From the NCBI GenBank assembly GCA_002633005.1, contig NMRA01000123.1:646656-710655 (forward strand): a DNA stretch of 64,000 nucleotides. The letters run 5' to 3'. Numbering within the stretch: position 1 is the first letter of the stretch; each line of letters starts with the position of its first letter. Origin of the DNA: Phoronis australis. Lineage: Eukaryota; Animalia; Phoronida. Positions 1-13,500 of the stretch are shown piece by piece. A model generated the notes under the pieces. It did not search any database, was not told where the DNA came from, and saw nothing but the letters and a program-made list of their open reading frames with translations. The translations under genes and the position numbers were made by a program.

Positions 1-664
1 TTTCAAAGGGGAAGTTTCAGTATAAAAATCCGTCCAAGAGTGTTTTGTTCTCAATTGAAAGTTTTTATAGCTCCTGTAAACAAGCCACCAATATGCATTA
101 TAACAAGCGTTATTTTGTGTGATACTGGCTGGTCATTGACCATAGGACCAAGACTAAATCTTGCGTAAGTGACACCTTTCAACTAAGAATTTGGACGACA
201 TTAGAAAATTCTATCTTAAAACCTCTGCACCAACCAAGAGTCCTATCCCTTAGGTGTCCGTAGTTGGTGACACTCCCGTTTCATAGGTGGTTTTGCTTGG
301 TCTGGCGTGATCTTGGTTTTCGGTTCCCAGGTGTATCAAGTCTACGAAACTCACAGCAGAGAAGGCAACGACGAATTTGATAAGTTTATGTTTTCACAAA
401 GAAGTATACGACACTTGCCCATTCTTTCACAAAATTGACCACCTCTGGACACCGTTACATGTTCATGGCATGCACTTTCTTTGTTTGGGCTTTGGTATTA
501 TAACTGTGTTCTTATCGATGAATGTACGATGTCCGTCACTTTTTTCGACAAACTAATACTAATGCCACGTCACAGGGTGGCAGCTTTAGTAATAGCCATA
601 GACCTTCGAAAATATGCTTGACGTTGTTAGTAATACATTAGCGTGAGAGACATTTGATAATTAG

Positions 665-2259
665 GGTGTGCGGCTTAGGCAACATCATATCCGGATTTCT
701 CGGTGGTGAAGGTGGAACTATTACTTACAGCGCAAATATTGGCGCCATTTCTGTAACTCGTGTAGCCAGACGCCGAGTTATACTAAGTGCGGCCTTTATG
801 TGTATTGTGCTAGCTTGTATTGGTAAAAGTGGAGCCCTGTTTGTGGTAATACCAGTTCCTGTGATCGGTGGACTATTGTTTTTCTTGTGTGGTAAGGTTT
901 TATGCGACATACACACATGAAGTTATATTCTGGTAGGATAATTGGTCCAGGGTGCCTCTGCACGTTGTGTTACAAAAGCAAAAATCATTTGCTTACATTG
1001 TCAAAACACTTTGAGACTCCCTTAAAGGCGTTGTCAGTCTCGCTGAAATTTCCGATATTACGCACAGTTTACTGAGTGAACAGAGTGCAAAGGCAATCAT
1101 CGCATTATTTGTTACATCTGCATTTTATAATCAACTGGAATAATCTACATTGTTCTAAAACAAAACTAATCAATGATTATAGAAGACATCTAAATAAAAA
1201 TTATTTTGCTTGACTATTCTCACGCCATTGGCCCCCGCATGAAGAAGTATTGTCAAGGTACTGAAACTTAGGATTTAGGATATGTGTAGATCTATGAGCA
1301 TAGCTGTAAAAGATGTGTGCTTTTTACAAGAATAGGAACTGAATCTTAGCTGCTTGCAAGAATGCTTTCCATATCAAAAATGTAGCCGAAAAAAAGCTGA
1401 AAATTAGGATTTACTGTCTTTTATAGGTTTAGTTGTGGCGTTTGGTCTTTCAAACTTACAATAAGCGAATTTGAATTCTCCCCGACATCTGATTATAGTT
1501 GGATGTTCGTTTTTCTTCGCCCTCAGTCTTCCACACTGGATAATGAAAAATGGAGACCAACTTAAAACAGGTACGTATCTCTAAGGGCCTATCATCCACA
1601 ATTAAATAAAGCTTTTCATAAATTACTCTTGGGAGCAAGACTTTCGGCCATGGTTTCAACCTTGGGCTGCGTCCTGTAGATCCAAGACACTGTTCATGTA
1701 GTTGCGGCGAGAAAATCCCTTATGGACCGGAAACAGTGAATTCTATCCATAATTTAAAATTTCTGTCCGATAATCCAACACTTCAACCTGACCGACCGAG
1801 CACATCAATGGCCGCCATTTTGAAGTGTTACGCGAGTCAAGTCCAAGCATACTCGCTGTACATATACCTCTCACTCGCGTGAGTTCTCGAAGTCTTGCAT
1901 GAATTTTGTGCGAGGTTCTCGGGTCTACGGAACGCTGCTCTGGCTCTGTAGTGGTCAGGTGACCGGGAAATCTCGAATCTACCGAGACAATGTTACTCTA
2001 ATTAATACCCTTTTTTAATTCATTGAAATTTTGAATTAGAGTACATCCCATGGCAAACCAGGTGATATACAATATCCCAATACAATCCGTTTGTGATATA
2101 CAATATCCCAATACAATCCATTTGATGCACCATCAAGAACTTTGTCATTGTAACTCATTCCAGGCGTAGAAGTTGTCGACAGCTTGTTCCGTGTACTTCT
2201 CGGAAGTCACGTGTTTGTGGGCGGACTTGTGGCGTGTATTTTAGACAACACGGTATCCG
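665..2259 (+). pseudogene. SLC23A: SLC23 / nucleobase-ascorbate transporter family gene, 3' exons (665-891, 1427-1570, 2164-2259), probably disabled
   Basis: Spliced translation GTITYSANIGAISVTRV...IPVPVIGG / GLVVAFGLSNLQ*ANLNSPRHLIIVGCSFFFALSLPHW / VDSLFRVLLGSHVFVGGLVACILDNTVSG matches the NAT signature and C-terminal helices of SLC23. GT-AG boundaries; in-frame TAA at 1462-1464; no final exon found. Confidence 0.85.
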
Positions 2260-2733
2260 GTGAGTTGTATCATAATTCCAATAATTCCGTTTAAGATTGA
2301 GTTGTAGAAAATCCAACGACCCAAACGTGTTTTTTTTTTTATTTCTTATTGGTTTTAAAGTGCCTTGGCGCTTTTAACAGTGTTTATTCAACAACACTTA
2401 CCTGCGTATGATCCAAAACTCTTTGAGTTTTTTGAAAATAGGTCCCAGTGGAGTGTCAGGGGTCGTCGAAAGCAAAAACCAAGCCAAATCAAAAAACGAG
2501 GAAATGTGACTCTATAGGAATGAAGGCGTTGTTGCAACTTAGGTGCGGAGCTAACTGTTTTGAGAAAAAAAAACTTTATTTTGTTTGTTGAAACATCGCC
2601 GTGTGAGGACGTTTTGCTTTTCTATTTTACGTTTTTAACGGCCAGTAAAGCCGGTGCTGATTTGTTGCCGAGCACGCACTGCGCTCACACGTCCGGGTAG
2701 TTACACGGCAATATGCTCACTCCAGGTTGGCGN

Positions 2734-3717
2734 TATCCATAATTTAAAATTTCTGTCCGATAATCCAACACTTCAACCTGACCGACCGAGCACATCAATG
2801 GCCGCCATTTTGAAGTGTTACGCCAGTAAAGTCCAAGCATACTCGCTGTACATATACCTCTTACTCGCGTGAGTTCTCGAAGTCTTGCATGAACTTTTTC
2901 GCGAGGTTCTCGGGTCTACGGAACGCTGCTCTGGCTCTGTAGTGGTCAGATGACCGGGAAATCACGAATCTACCGAGACAATGTTACTCTAATTAATACC
3001 CTTTTTAATTCATTGAAATTTTGAATTAGAGTACATCCCATGGCAAACCAGGTGATTTACAATATCCCAATACAATCCATTTGTGATTTACAATATCCTA
3101 ATACAATCCATTTGATGCACCATCAAGAACTTTGTCATTGTAACTCATTCCAGGCGTAGAAGTTGTGGACAGGTTGTTCCGTGTACTTCTCGGAAGTCAC
3201 GTGTTTGTGGGCGGATTTGTGGCGTGTATTTAAGACAACACGGTATCCGGTGAGTTGTATCAAAATTCCAATAATTCCGTTTAAGATTGAGTTGTAGAAA
3301 ATCCAACGACCCAAACGTGTTTTTTTATTTCTTAATGGTTTTAAAGTGCCTTGGCGCTTTTAACAGTGTTTATTCAACAACACTTACCTGCGTATGATCC
3401 AAAACTCTTTGAGTTTTTTTAAAATAGGTCCCAGTGGAGTGTCGGGGGTCGTCGAAAGCAAAAACCAAGCCAAATCAAAAACGAGGAAATGTGACTCTAT
3501 AGGAATGAAGGCGTTGTTGCAGCTTAGGTGCGGAGCTAACTGTTTTGAGAAAAAAAAACTTTATTTTGTTTGTTGAAACATCGCCGTGTGAGGACGTTTT
3601 GCTTTTCTATTTTACGTTTTTAACGGCCAGTAAAGCCGGTGCTGATTTGTTGCCGAGCACGCACTGCGCTCACACGTCCGGGTAGTTACACGGCAATATG
3701 CTCACTCCAGGTTGGCG
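2734..3717 (+). repeat. Near-identical second copy of 1744-2732 including an SLC23 exon copy (3154-3249); likely allelic/assembly duplication
   Basis: Both copies begin tatccataatttaaaatttctg and end ccaggttggcg, joined by a single N at 2733; scattered SNPs and indels; TTA>TAA stop at 3231-3233 in this exon copy. Confidence 0.85.
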
Positions 3718-3866
3718 TGCGTTCAGTAGACGCTAGGACCTACGCTATTACCTAGCTAAAACGTAGTCAAAGTCACGTGTTCTCATTTAAAATGCACGGC
3801 AATATCTCACGTAATCTCGCGAAGTCTTGCTTTTTAGCCAGGTCCTAGCGTTACTGAACGGGAGGC
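3714..3866. mobile_element. ~155 bp MITE-like repeat, copy 1 of 3
   Basis: Subterminal inverted repeats gttcagta(g)acgctaggacct / aggtcctagcgttactgaac; close copies at 32212-32367 and 52428-52582. Confidence 0.75.
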
Positions 3867-4294
3867 TGCTCTTATATATGTATTACAATGGTTAATATTA
3901 AAAAGCTTTTTCAGCTATGAATGCGAAGATTCAGACTTACCAGCCAGTTGGATCATTCATAGAGGCGGCTTAATGTAAACAGTTGAACAATGACAGGTCA
4001 GGTTAAAACTCCTTCCCGTTGTGAGGACTAGTCGGTTCGTAGATCAAAAGATATGGGAGTTGCAAAATGAGGAAGTGAAAAGCGTTGGAAAGCCAGGAAA
4101 CATTTTCGACAAACCACTTGGCCTTCCCTAGTGGTAAGGGACGAAATTTTGCAACGCCATTAACTTCCTGGTACTCGTCTTACAAGCTACACTATCGGAT
4201 GTAGGAAATTGACTCTAGTAAACTGGTGCTTACAAGCAAAACGCAGACCATGCTCTTCATATACTGCTCATGGATATCACTGCAAGGTTTACAA

Positions 4295-4361
4295 ATGAAT
4301 TGTAGAATTTTCGTGACGGTTCATTTTCTAATACTGTTGTCGATAGGCGCTTCAGTTGGAG
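4295..4361 (+). CDS. Gene 1 exon 1, signal peptide
   Basis: MNCRIFVTVHFLILLSIGASVG then G|gtaagt donor, phase 1. Confidence 0.75.
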
Positions 4362-7316
4362 GTAAGTTCAGTTCTTGGGTAGGACGGTTTTCATGACTGC
4401 CAGCCCAATTGCGGCTACGAAGTAACATTGGGTAGTAGCGGTAATAGTGGCCATCCCCACGGGCAATCGTGACATGACAAAAGTCCTTTCGATTTAATGT
4501 CTGTATGGTGTTTTTTTTTTCGGTTTAACCTCCAGGTATCTTTAGGGTCGTCATGTGAGAAAGGCCGGTACGCGAAACGTGCTCGCGCCTTGTGGACATT
4601 ACATCTATACAGTCTCGATGGGATTAAAAACCAAAGAATTCTGATAACCGAGAGGTGGTTTGTGGCAGCATACAGTAGGCCTAAGTTAATCATAACACTC
4701 GACTCATAATGTGGCATCTCAGTTTGACAGCACCACGATCATATCATTTGTCCGGAATATGGAATTTTAAACGAGCACTAGGGTGTAAGTAAATAGGCCG
4801 TTACTATGGTAATGCGGTTTCAAGTTTTGGTTAACAGATCTTTGGAGTTGTAATTGCTTAACTGAGATTTAAGCTCGGTCTCTCTCATTTCGCAAGCCTT
4901 GGCTTTACCACTGCGCCAAGCGCACTTCACCGAACACAAAAGCTTTACAACGATGAGCGTGTTGACACGCAGTTTGTGATCGCTTTGGGACAAACCAAGT
5001 GACGTTTGTACATTGTTTTTCATTGAAAAGTATTGTTTTACGACTCAGTAGTTCCTTTGTTTACTGCAAGTATCTCCTAATAATCTTTCCACAGCGTTTT
5101 GGGTTAAATTGGTACCTGACTGATCGAACGTAAGTGATCGGCATACCGATTGAAACCGCTTAGCCTCTTGGCTGCTTCCATGAATTAGCTGATTTAAATA
5201 TAATGTAAATGGCAGTAATGGCATCGACTCCCTTGTTATTCGATACATGTTTACAGACTGAAAATCAACATATTGACTTCGGTGAAAGTCAATAATTGTA
5301 TTGAAACTTATTGTTGCCTCCCCCACGTTATATTCCGTGAACTCCAACAGACATTGCCGCCGGGCGACAATGTGCTGATATTAGTTTGGCACTTGGTATC
5401 GTTGTCGCACAGACGACAATTTGTGGGGCATGCGACAATATTTTTCACAATAGAGTTGCCGCCGATAACTGACTTTAATGTTTTAAAACATTCTCGTGTG
5501 CAAACTTTAGTAATAGTTTTGTCGCAAGTAACTTTCATTTCATTTTGATATCCGTGACCACTTAACATTAGGACTACCTGACATATTCAAGTCAGAACGA
5601 CTACCTTTATGCGACTCCAAGTTAATCGCTTTGTATTGTTGGAGGATTGTTTTTATTGATAGCACTCAAATCGCGAACACGGTAAAAGTGATCTTAATTT
5701 GAGAGGAAGTTTTACAACATCATTATATAAGCACCAAGCAGTTACTCAAGTATAGGAACAATTCAATTATGGGAGTAGCACCAACAAAATATATTTCCAA
5801 AGGTAAATTCAGTATAACAATGAATTGCAAACTTCTCGTAGAAATAGAATGCTTGCCACTTTTGTATTTCTTCCCAGAGACTACGTCCGTAGCCAGCCAT
5901 TACAACGGGTAGATGCTAAATTTTGATTAGCCGATCTTAAACTTTTCTCTCTCCACCCCTAGGGGAGTTGCTGGCTTAGTAACAAAATTGTTCCGGCTGT
6001 CCTTGGTGGCTCCTTGAACGGATTTCGGATACCGCTGGGCCTGCCTTTGCGCTGGTCGCTTACCTTTCAAGCAAAACTATATAAAACATGTTCCTCAAGA
6101 CCTTTATTTATGCCTAGACCTGTTTTAAACTATGGTGCAACAAGGACTTCACCTTATACAAAAAGTAAAACCTGATTTTTTTATTTCATCCTACTGGAAA
6201 ACCTTAAATTACCTAAATTACTTTAATTGGTTTAATTAATGTCACAATCAAGTTCAAACTAAAAAATAAACACATCAATTAACAAAGTTACTTTTAGCTG
6301 TGATCAAACTAAAAATGATGATAAAAGTTTCAGCAATTGTTCTTTGAAAATTTCGTAAGATGTCCAACTTCCTATAATTACGGAGACGATTTGTTACATA
6401 TGTAACCATAAATAGTTTAACAAAGAATTTAAAAATGAATTTCTGTAAAACATTCTAGAGTTGACTTAATGCATATTCATACTAGTTTGACAGTTTTTCT
6501 CAGCCAGAGAAAACAAATAGACTTATTTTTCATTGAAAATGTAATACTATATGCTCTATTTATTATAATAATTACCATCTTAAGTGTCAGTAAAATCAAT
6601 TTTTTACTTTTAACGTGTTTGTACAAGTTATCAATAATAATTGTAAATCAAAATAAAGCCTCCTGGTTATCACCTGAAACAGTAATTAAGCAGATATTGC
6701 GTGTCAAGCAATTTCAAAAAAATTACCCACATGAACTTTGACCTTGATTTGACCTTGATCTTGGTCTCAAATTTCCGGCAACCGACGCCCCTGAGATTCA
6801 GCGTGTCCCGCAGTATCTGTGTACCAACTTTGGTGCTTTAATCCGGGGTGTAAATGTTTTGGGGCTTTGGCTGCTAAGGAACTGGACTGAGTTGAATAAG
6901 GACGGGCATGGTTTTGCTAACTAGAAGGTTGCATATACATGTATACATTGTCATTTCAAATCAACAAGATGGGTTTCCAAACGAGGCAGTGGAACTATTC
7001 AACTGCCAACACGTTACAACATAAAATTGTTATCCTTGTTCTAAAAATGCCAAGAATTTCAAAAAATAAGCATTCTCATTGTGTCTTTAGAGCCATAGAC
7101 TAGTACATGAACTGCGGTTTGTTCTCAAAGCACAAATTATGTCATTTAACTTCAATTCAAATTCTAATGCAGCAACCTTAATTTTTCACTCAAACGACAC
7201 GTGGTGTTCAGACTTGAATTTCAAGGTAAGAAAGTATGAATTTGGGAATGCAACCATAGAAATTGGGATGTAATCCTTGTTTCTAGACACTTGACAAAAG
7301 TTTTAAAGGGATGTAT

Positions 7317-7364
<48 letters not shown>

Positions 7365-7458
7365 NNNNNNNNNNNNNNNNNNNNNNNNNNNNNNNNNNNN
7401 NNNNNNNNNNNNNNNNNNNNNNNNNNNNNNNNNNNNNNNNNNNNNNNNNNNNNNNNNN

Positions 7459-7519
<61 letters not shown>

Positions 7520-10500
7520 CTTTAAGTTGTGATCGCTTGGTTTCTACTTCGACTAAAGAGAGGGGTGGAATGCCGGGTTGTGAGGGAAGAAAGTACGGAG
7601 GGTGGAGGGTTGACACTAATTTTTAGCCCGTCAGAGGATAGAGAGAGGTAGAGAGATGTTGGGAGGGAACTGGAAGCAAGGAGGGAGGCACGGTGAGAGG
7701 GAATAATGGGGGAGAGATGGTCATCAGGTCAACATCACCTCATGGCGGAAATTGCGGTATAACTTTTAGTCAATCAGAGGACAGAAATACCAGTGATTGT
7801 GTAATAATTCATAGTTCGCAATGACGTATCCGTTGCCGGAAATTTCCTTGGACCGTGCGAGAAATTACATTGATTGTTACAACGATAGCCTACACTGGCT
7901 GCTAACAGTTGCTATATGTTTTTATCTTTAGATGGAAACATGAAATTAACTAATACGAAACTGTGTCTATTCTTCTATGCATTTAAGGCATTAACTACGA
8001 TTGCAATATCTGCTGTACCTTGCTGAGACGTCAAACAAACATCATGTCCATTTTCCACTGCACTCTTGTTAATTCGATAGTTCCAAGTTTGCTAGATGCA
8101 TGTCGTTGTCAAACCGATATGTAAGTTGTGGTATGGCACGTTGTCAGTATCTAAGTCACTTACTTTAAAGACCGTAGGTGAAATTTGAAGATCTCACCTG
8201 TTGTTCTATGTATTAAGTTGCAGACAGAGGGATATACGAGATGTGTAAACACACTGACACAGTCACGACGCCGGAGGGATACATAGTGAGTGAAAATTAT
8301 CCTTCATGGTGCGAAACATTCAAAGACTGCTACATGAATGTTGTTGCTCAAAAGAATGAGTTTCTGGAACTAAATATTGAAGAAGTTGACACCTGGAGAA
8401 CACTTATATTCTGCCATGACTGGATTTCAATACACGACATCGGACTTGCCTCGCCTCTGTTGCATAAAACTTGCGAACTGACCACAGACGGCGGCATGGC
8501 ATTAAAGTCTTCGTCTAACGCTGTGAGTGTTGCATTTCACAGCACCGTCTGGGGGCGATCTCCGTTGTGGGCCCGATATCGTTTCAGGATCCATTATAAA
8601 GGTTGGTATCCATACCATTATTCATCTTCTGATACATTAATCCGTTTTGACAGCAACAGTTTGCATTGTTGTAACTCTGCTGTCGTATTCTCGCTTTATG
8701 CTGTCTTTTTCAAAGTAAGAAATTTCTGGTTGTGCACATCTCAACTCACTAGCGAGAATAAAGACCAGGGCCCGGGGTTTAATCTTTGGGGTCGACATCG
8801 AACTTGAAATTGTTTTTGACGTTTTCCTTTCTTCTATTGTCGGTGTGAACTCAAAATATGTGCCTGCTGTTCTGTGCTCGAGTAAACTAAGACTTACACA
8901 GATTAGTTGATAATTGCCCCCATTCGCACTTACTGAGCCCTAGATTCGAGCTGAAAATTCGAGCAAAAGCTCGATATTTCGAGTACAATCTCTAAATTTC
9001 AAGTTAAAGTGTGAACTAGGATTAGCGAGTTGCCTACGTAAAATAGTGTACTTGAGTACTGGGGCTCGTTCCAACAAAACTGGTTTAGCTCAGACAAATT
9101 CTAATTTTTTGTAAATTTTAAGATAAAACTTAAATTTGTTCCAAGACCGTTTCAAGAAAGAGATATTGTGTTTGACTGTTGATTTGATTTACATTTTGTC
9201 TTAATTTTATCTATCTTACCGGATGTGGAAGTTTCAAAGTTTGGACATTAATACATATCTTAGACTTAAAAGTCAAAAATTATCTTAAAAGAGAAAGCAA
9301 CCTTTTTCATGTCATTTTTAGTAAAAAATACGGTTCGTTGTTTTTCAGTTAATAACGTCTTCCCGTAATTTCATTAATTAGTCGTGCCTTACTCTGGAAA
9401 TGACGTTTAGGGAGTTAAGAATTTCCCGCCATTTTGTTTTTTATATACTATGACTGTGTGAGCTGTCGAGTCAGTCATTATTTTACGTCGTTTGTGATAA
9501 GTTGTTCTTTGCGTTTGTTTTATAAGTCACTCAACATGCTGCAAGGGTGCTGCGTATTGGGTGTACTCATTGTCGTCTCACGCGCATTTTGGGAATGCCA
9601 TTAAATTGCTTTCCGAAAGATGACTCACTTCGCCGTACTTGGCTCGTTCGTGTGAAGAATTCAGCGTTACCTGTCCACGTAACAAAGTAGTTAAGAATTA
9701 CCGAGATTGTGCATTTTTGAAGCGAGAAGCCTCGCGAGCTGTGGTCTCAACTACTGTCACCCGCGCCTGCGAACGTACCCCCAAAGCATGCAATTCCGGG
9801 AAGTAGCAGTGGTTCGCCCTGTGCTGGTGTTGTCTTCAGCGCAGAGCCTGTAAGCAGCTCTGCAACGATGTTGAGTAGTGGGAGTGAGCACATGCCCAGC
9901 TCGACACCCGATGAGGATGATAGTTTGTCGTCCAGTGAACAGGCCGGTGAGCCAAACTTTGATAAGTTTATTGTGGACTAAACTAAAGTATTGGAGATAG
10001 TTAGATGGTGCCAGATTTGTGGCGAGGGAGTCACGCGGCGGGATGCAAGCCGTTTCGGTTCTCAGGCCACCAACAGCATAGGCATTCCATTGAGGTCGGC
10101 ATAACAGTGCACACCGTGCACTTGCAGCAGGAGGTCCCACCACGTTTGTCCTCAGTTTCTGCCTCATCTCTCTAAACAGCTGTCTCTGCTTATTCTGCCT
10201 CGGGTTCAAACTTTAACCACCCACCGACTTTTTGTGAAAAAATTCTCTCGTCACCACTCATATGAACAATGTCTCCGCCACTCACGTCACTGTGTATGTG
10301 ACATGGGTCGCCAATTCCAGCCATTTTCAGGCTACTACAAACTAAAAGATCCCTAAATCCAACGTAATTGAGTTCTCTTACTACCTAGCTTGTCGTAGAA
10401 TACTTGTCAATGGCAAGTGGTGACGACAATTTTAGAAAACCAGCACGAAAATAACAGTGGAAACAGATCCTCACAGTAAACTGGAACGCAGAAACAAAAT

Positions 10501-13500
10501 GGCGGGAAATTCTAATCCCCATAAACGTCAATTCCGGAGTAGGGCATCACTAATAAATAAAATTACGGGAAGCCGTAATATACTGATACATGTGTCTGGG
10601 ATAATCAACAGTAAAAATACTTGAAAAAGGTATCCTTCTCCTTTAAGTCAGATTCTTGGAAAGGGCCCCAGAGTAATAGACATTAACCTTGAACTCGCAC
10701 AGCAGTAGAACGGAAAATACCAAAATAATTTCTATTTCGAATAAAAAGAATAGATCGTGTCTTGGTGTCTTTTTCATGAAAGCGGCAAAAAAATTGTCTT
10801 GAGACGAGAAGACAGAACTTAGGTGTTACGCTCACACTTCACAGTTGCACAAAAGTGTTTAACCAAGTAATTATGAGCGTTCCACTAAACTTCAGAAATG
10901 TTTTGCAGGAATTATCTCAGAAATTAGCACTTATAAACGTATTGTATGCATTATTTCCAGAGATTACACTTTCGCTCAAGTAAAATTTCTCAACTTATTC
11001 GTGATACAGACATCTTGGTCTGGAATTTTACTATTGAACGAGAGCAAGAAAAATGCCTGTTATTCTGTGCATGAGAACAACATGTATTACTTGGATGAGT
11101 TTCTAATTCTGACATGCACTTGATGACCGGATTAGAGAAAACTAGACTCGTGTATTGAGTTTGCCCACTAGTAGAACGAAAAGGGTAAAAATAATTTCAA
11201 GAACAAACAATGGACCCCGTACGCGTTGATTAAGTAAAATTACGCGTAGATTAAACAAAAGTGCACGTTGATCAAGAGCAGAACGGCGATGGCTTAAGAA
11301 CTAAACGTACGCGTAGATTAAGCACATTTCTACGCGCAGAAAGATTCTCGTTTAAGAAGCTTGTGACGCTTCATAGTATGTCGTTGCGCTTGAAATTCAG
11401 TTGTAGATGCACACATCAACGCATGGTCTCGGTCGTTATGTTGCTTTCTTAAAGATCCCTTGGGAAATTTGGACGAATTTTCACCCTCAAGTTTGGCGCA
11501 CCTGAGGCGACAAATTTTCCAAATCCCAACTGGGGTCTAGATATGGGAAATTTGAAGTCTCGTCATGTAATAATGTATATGTCTAATTAACTTTGTCAGT
11601 GGAATCTCGCCTAAATATACTTTATTCAGCGATACCCAAGAAAGACCTCACCTCAACTTCAAGGAAACCATTTCCACAAACGATGGTATCTCCAAAGATG
11701 ACTACCACCTATAGCACAATAGCACACACCTCCGAGAAGTCAACCGAGATGCAAACGACAATTCAAACAGCTATCAACATCGATGATTCTGGACTTAATA
11801 CCTCAGAAAATCACGTGGAAGAAGGTTCGCAAATTTTCAGATTGATCTCAAAAAATTAGCTATCCGTTGTTACCAACGTCAAAAGCACTCTCTACTAAAC
11901 TTCCTTAAGGTGTGTAGCATTAACTTGTGTCTCATTTTTGTGCGCCCACATATTTATATGTGGACGCATTATGCCGTCATCTCCGTCCGTCCGTCCGGCG
12001 TCCGTCCGTCCGGCGTCCGGCGTCCGCTGCTCTATCTCCAAACGCCTTAACGTATGTTCATGAAATTTTGCACATGTGTTCCTTTTGTGGATGGGACGGC
12101 ATGAGCGAACTTTCGGACGGATCCGACTACCGGTGTCCCCCCTAGTGGCAATTTTAGTTTTTTACGTTTACCTCTTATCTTCAAAAGTCCTGAGCGGATT
12201 TTCATAAAATTTGGTATACAGGCACCTATTGGGGAGATGACGCTATCCTCCCGTTTTCGGGTGGATTTGACGTAGTTTGCGCCACCTAGTGGCCATTTTT
12301 ACTGTATTCGGTTCTGTTTCTTTGCGTCCACCCCTCTACCAACCAAACCGCTCAAAGGATTGGCATGTATGTTCTTACTATAAAGTGGACGGCTGACGAT
12401 GAATTTTCAACAAGCATTGGTGTATTAATTGTTAAATACGGCTATCCTTTGAGTGCCTCGAGTAGTGTGAGTTTCTCTGGTCTTACAATGTTTCCCCCCT
12501 CATGGTCACAGTTCAATTCCTCTCACCGGCATCGAATGAGATATCACGCTATGCGGGTTCAGCTTACTGATGTGTCTTACTATTGTTTATATAACACCTC
12601 TATGGATTACGGAATCGTCATTGGCATGTGCCTCCTTTTAGCTGGCGATGTTGAAGAAAATCCTGGGCCTGAAGACAATACTACCTTTAAAATCTTATTT
12701 TCAAATATGAACAGTATTAAATCCAACAATTTCTCCAGATTCCAACTTCTAAAAAACTTTGTTCTGTCTTACGATTATACGATTGTCGCTCTTTGTGAAA
12801 CTTGTAATATTACCAAAGACGACCTTGATAATGAACTAATCATTCCTGATTACAGTGTAGCGTATCACTGTAACAGTGGCCGTGGTATCATCTTATTCAC
12901 TAAAAACACACTCTCATTTGAATTATGTCCTAGCTTAACTTGTCCTCAGTTATGCAACTGCTGGATCGAAATTTATTTCGATCACAGAAAAATTTACTAT
13001 GGGTTGTTTTATCGCTCACCTTCTCAATCTCCAACTGAAAGAAAACTCTACTTCAAAGCCCTAGCCGATCAGTTAGCGGAACTTAACCGCAATAGCGTTA
13101 GTATAATCATAAATGGTGATTTCAATGCCCGAAACTCTACATGGTACAATGATGATCATGATAATACGGCCGGACTACAATTGTTTGATATTTTATTGTC
13201 TAATGACTGCATACAACTAATTAATGAGCCAACTCGTATCACCGACGTTTCTCATTCATGTATTGACCTCTGTATAACAAACAATTTGAGAATCATTGAC
13301 TCATGTTCTGTACTGCCTCCTGTTGGCAATTCTGATCACCACACTATCGAAACCACTCTTACACTTAAAAAACCGATTAATGAACAACACACCACTCGAA
13401 CCAACTGGAAATATGATCAGGTCGACACCGATAAACTGCGCCAGGATATCACCAACACTGACTGGGATTCCATATTGAACACTGGCGACATTGATGACAC

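Noticed and set aside
40-170. Additional upstream SLC23 exon (SIESFY...)
   Set aside because: Only a weak resemblance to the expected ESIGDYYAC motif and no convincing splice sites.
1744-3717. Real tandem exon duplication of SLC23 (mutually exclusive exons)
   Set aside because: Copies are joined at a single N and are near-identical, typical of unmerged haplotype overlap; the second exon copy has a stop.
12365-12408. ATG at 12365 as the LINE ORF start
   Set aside because: These codons belong to the host repeat monomer upstream of the target-site duplication.
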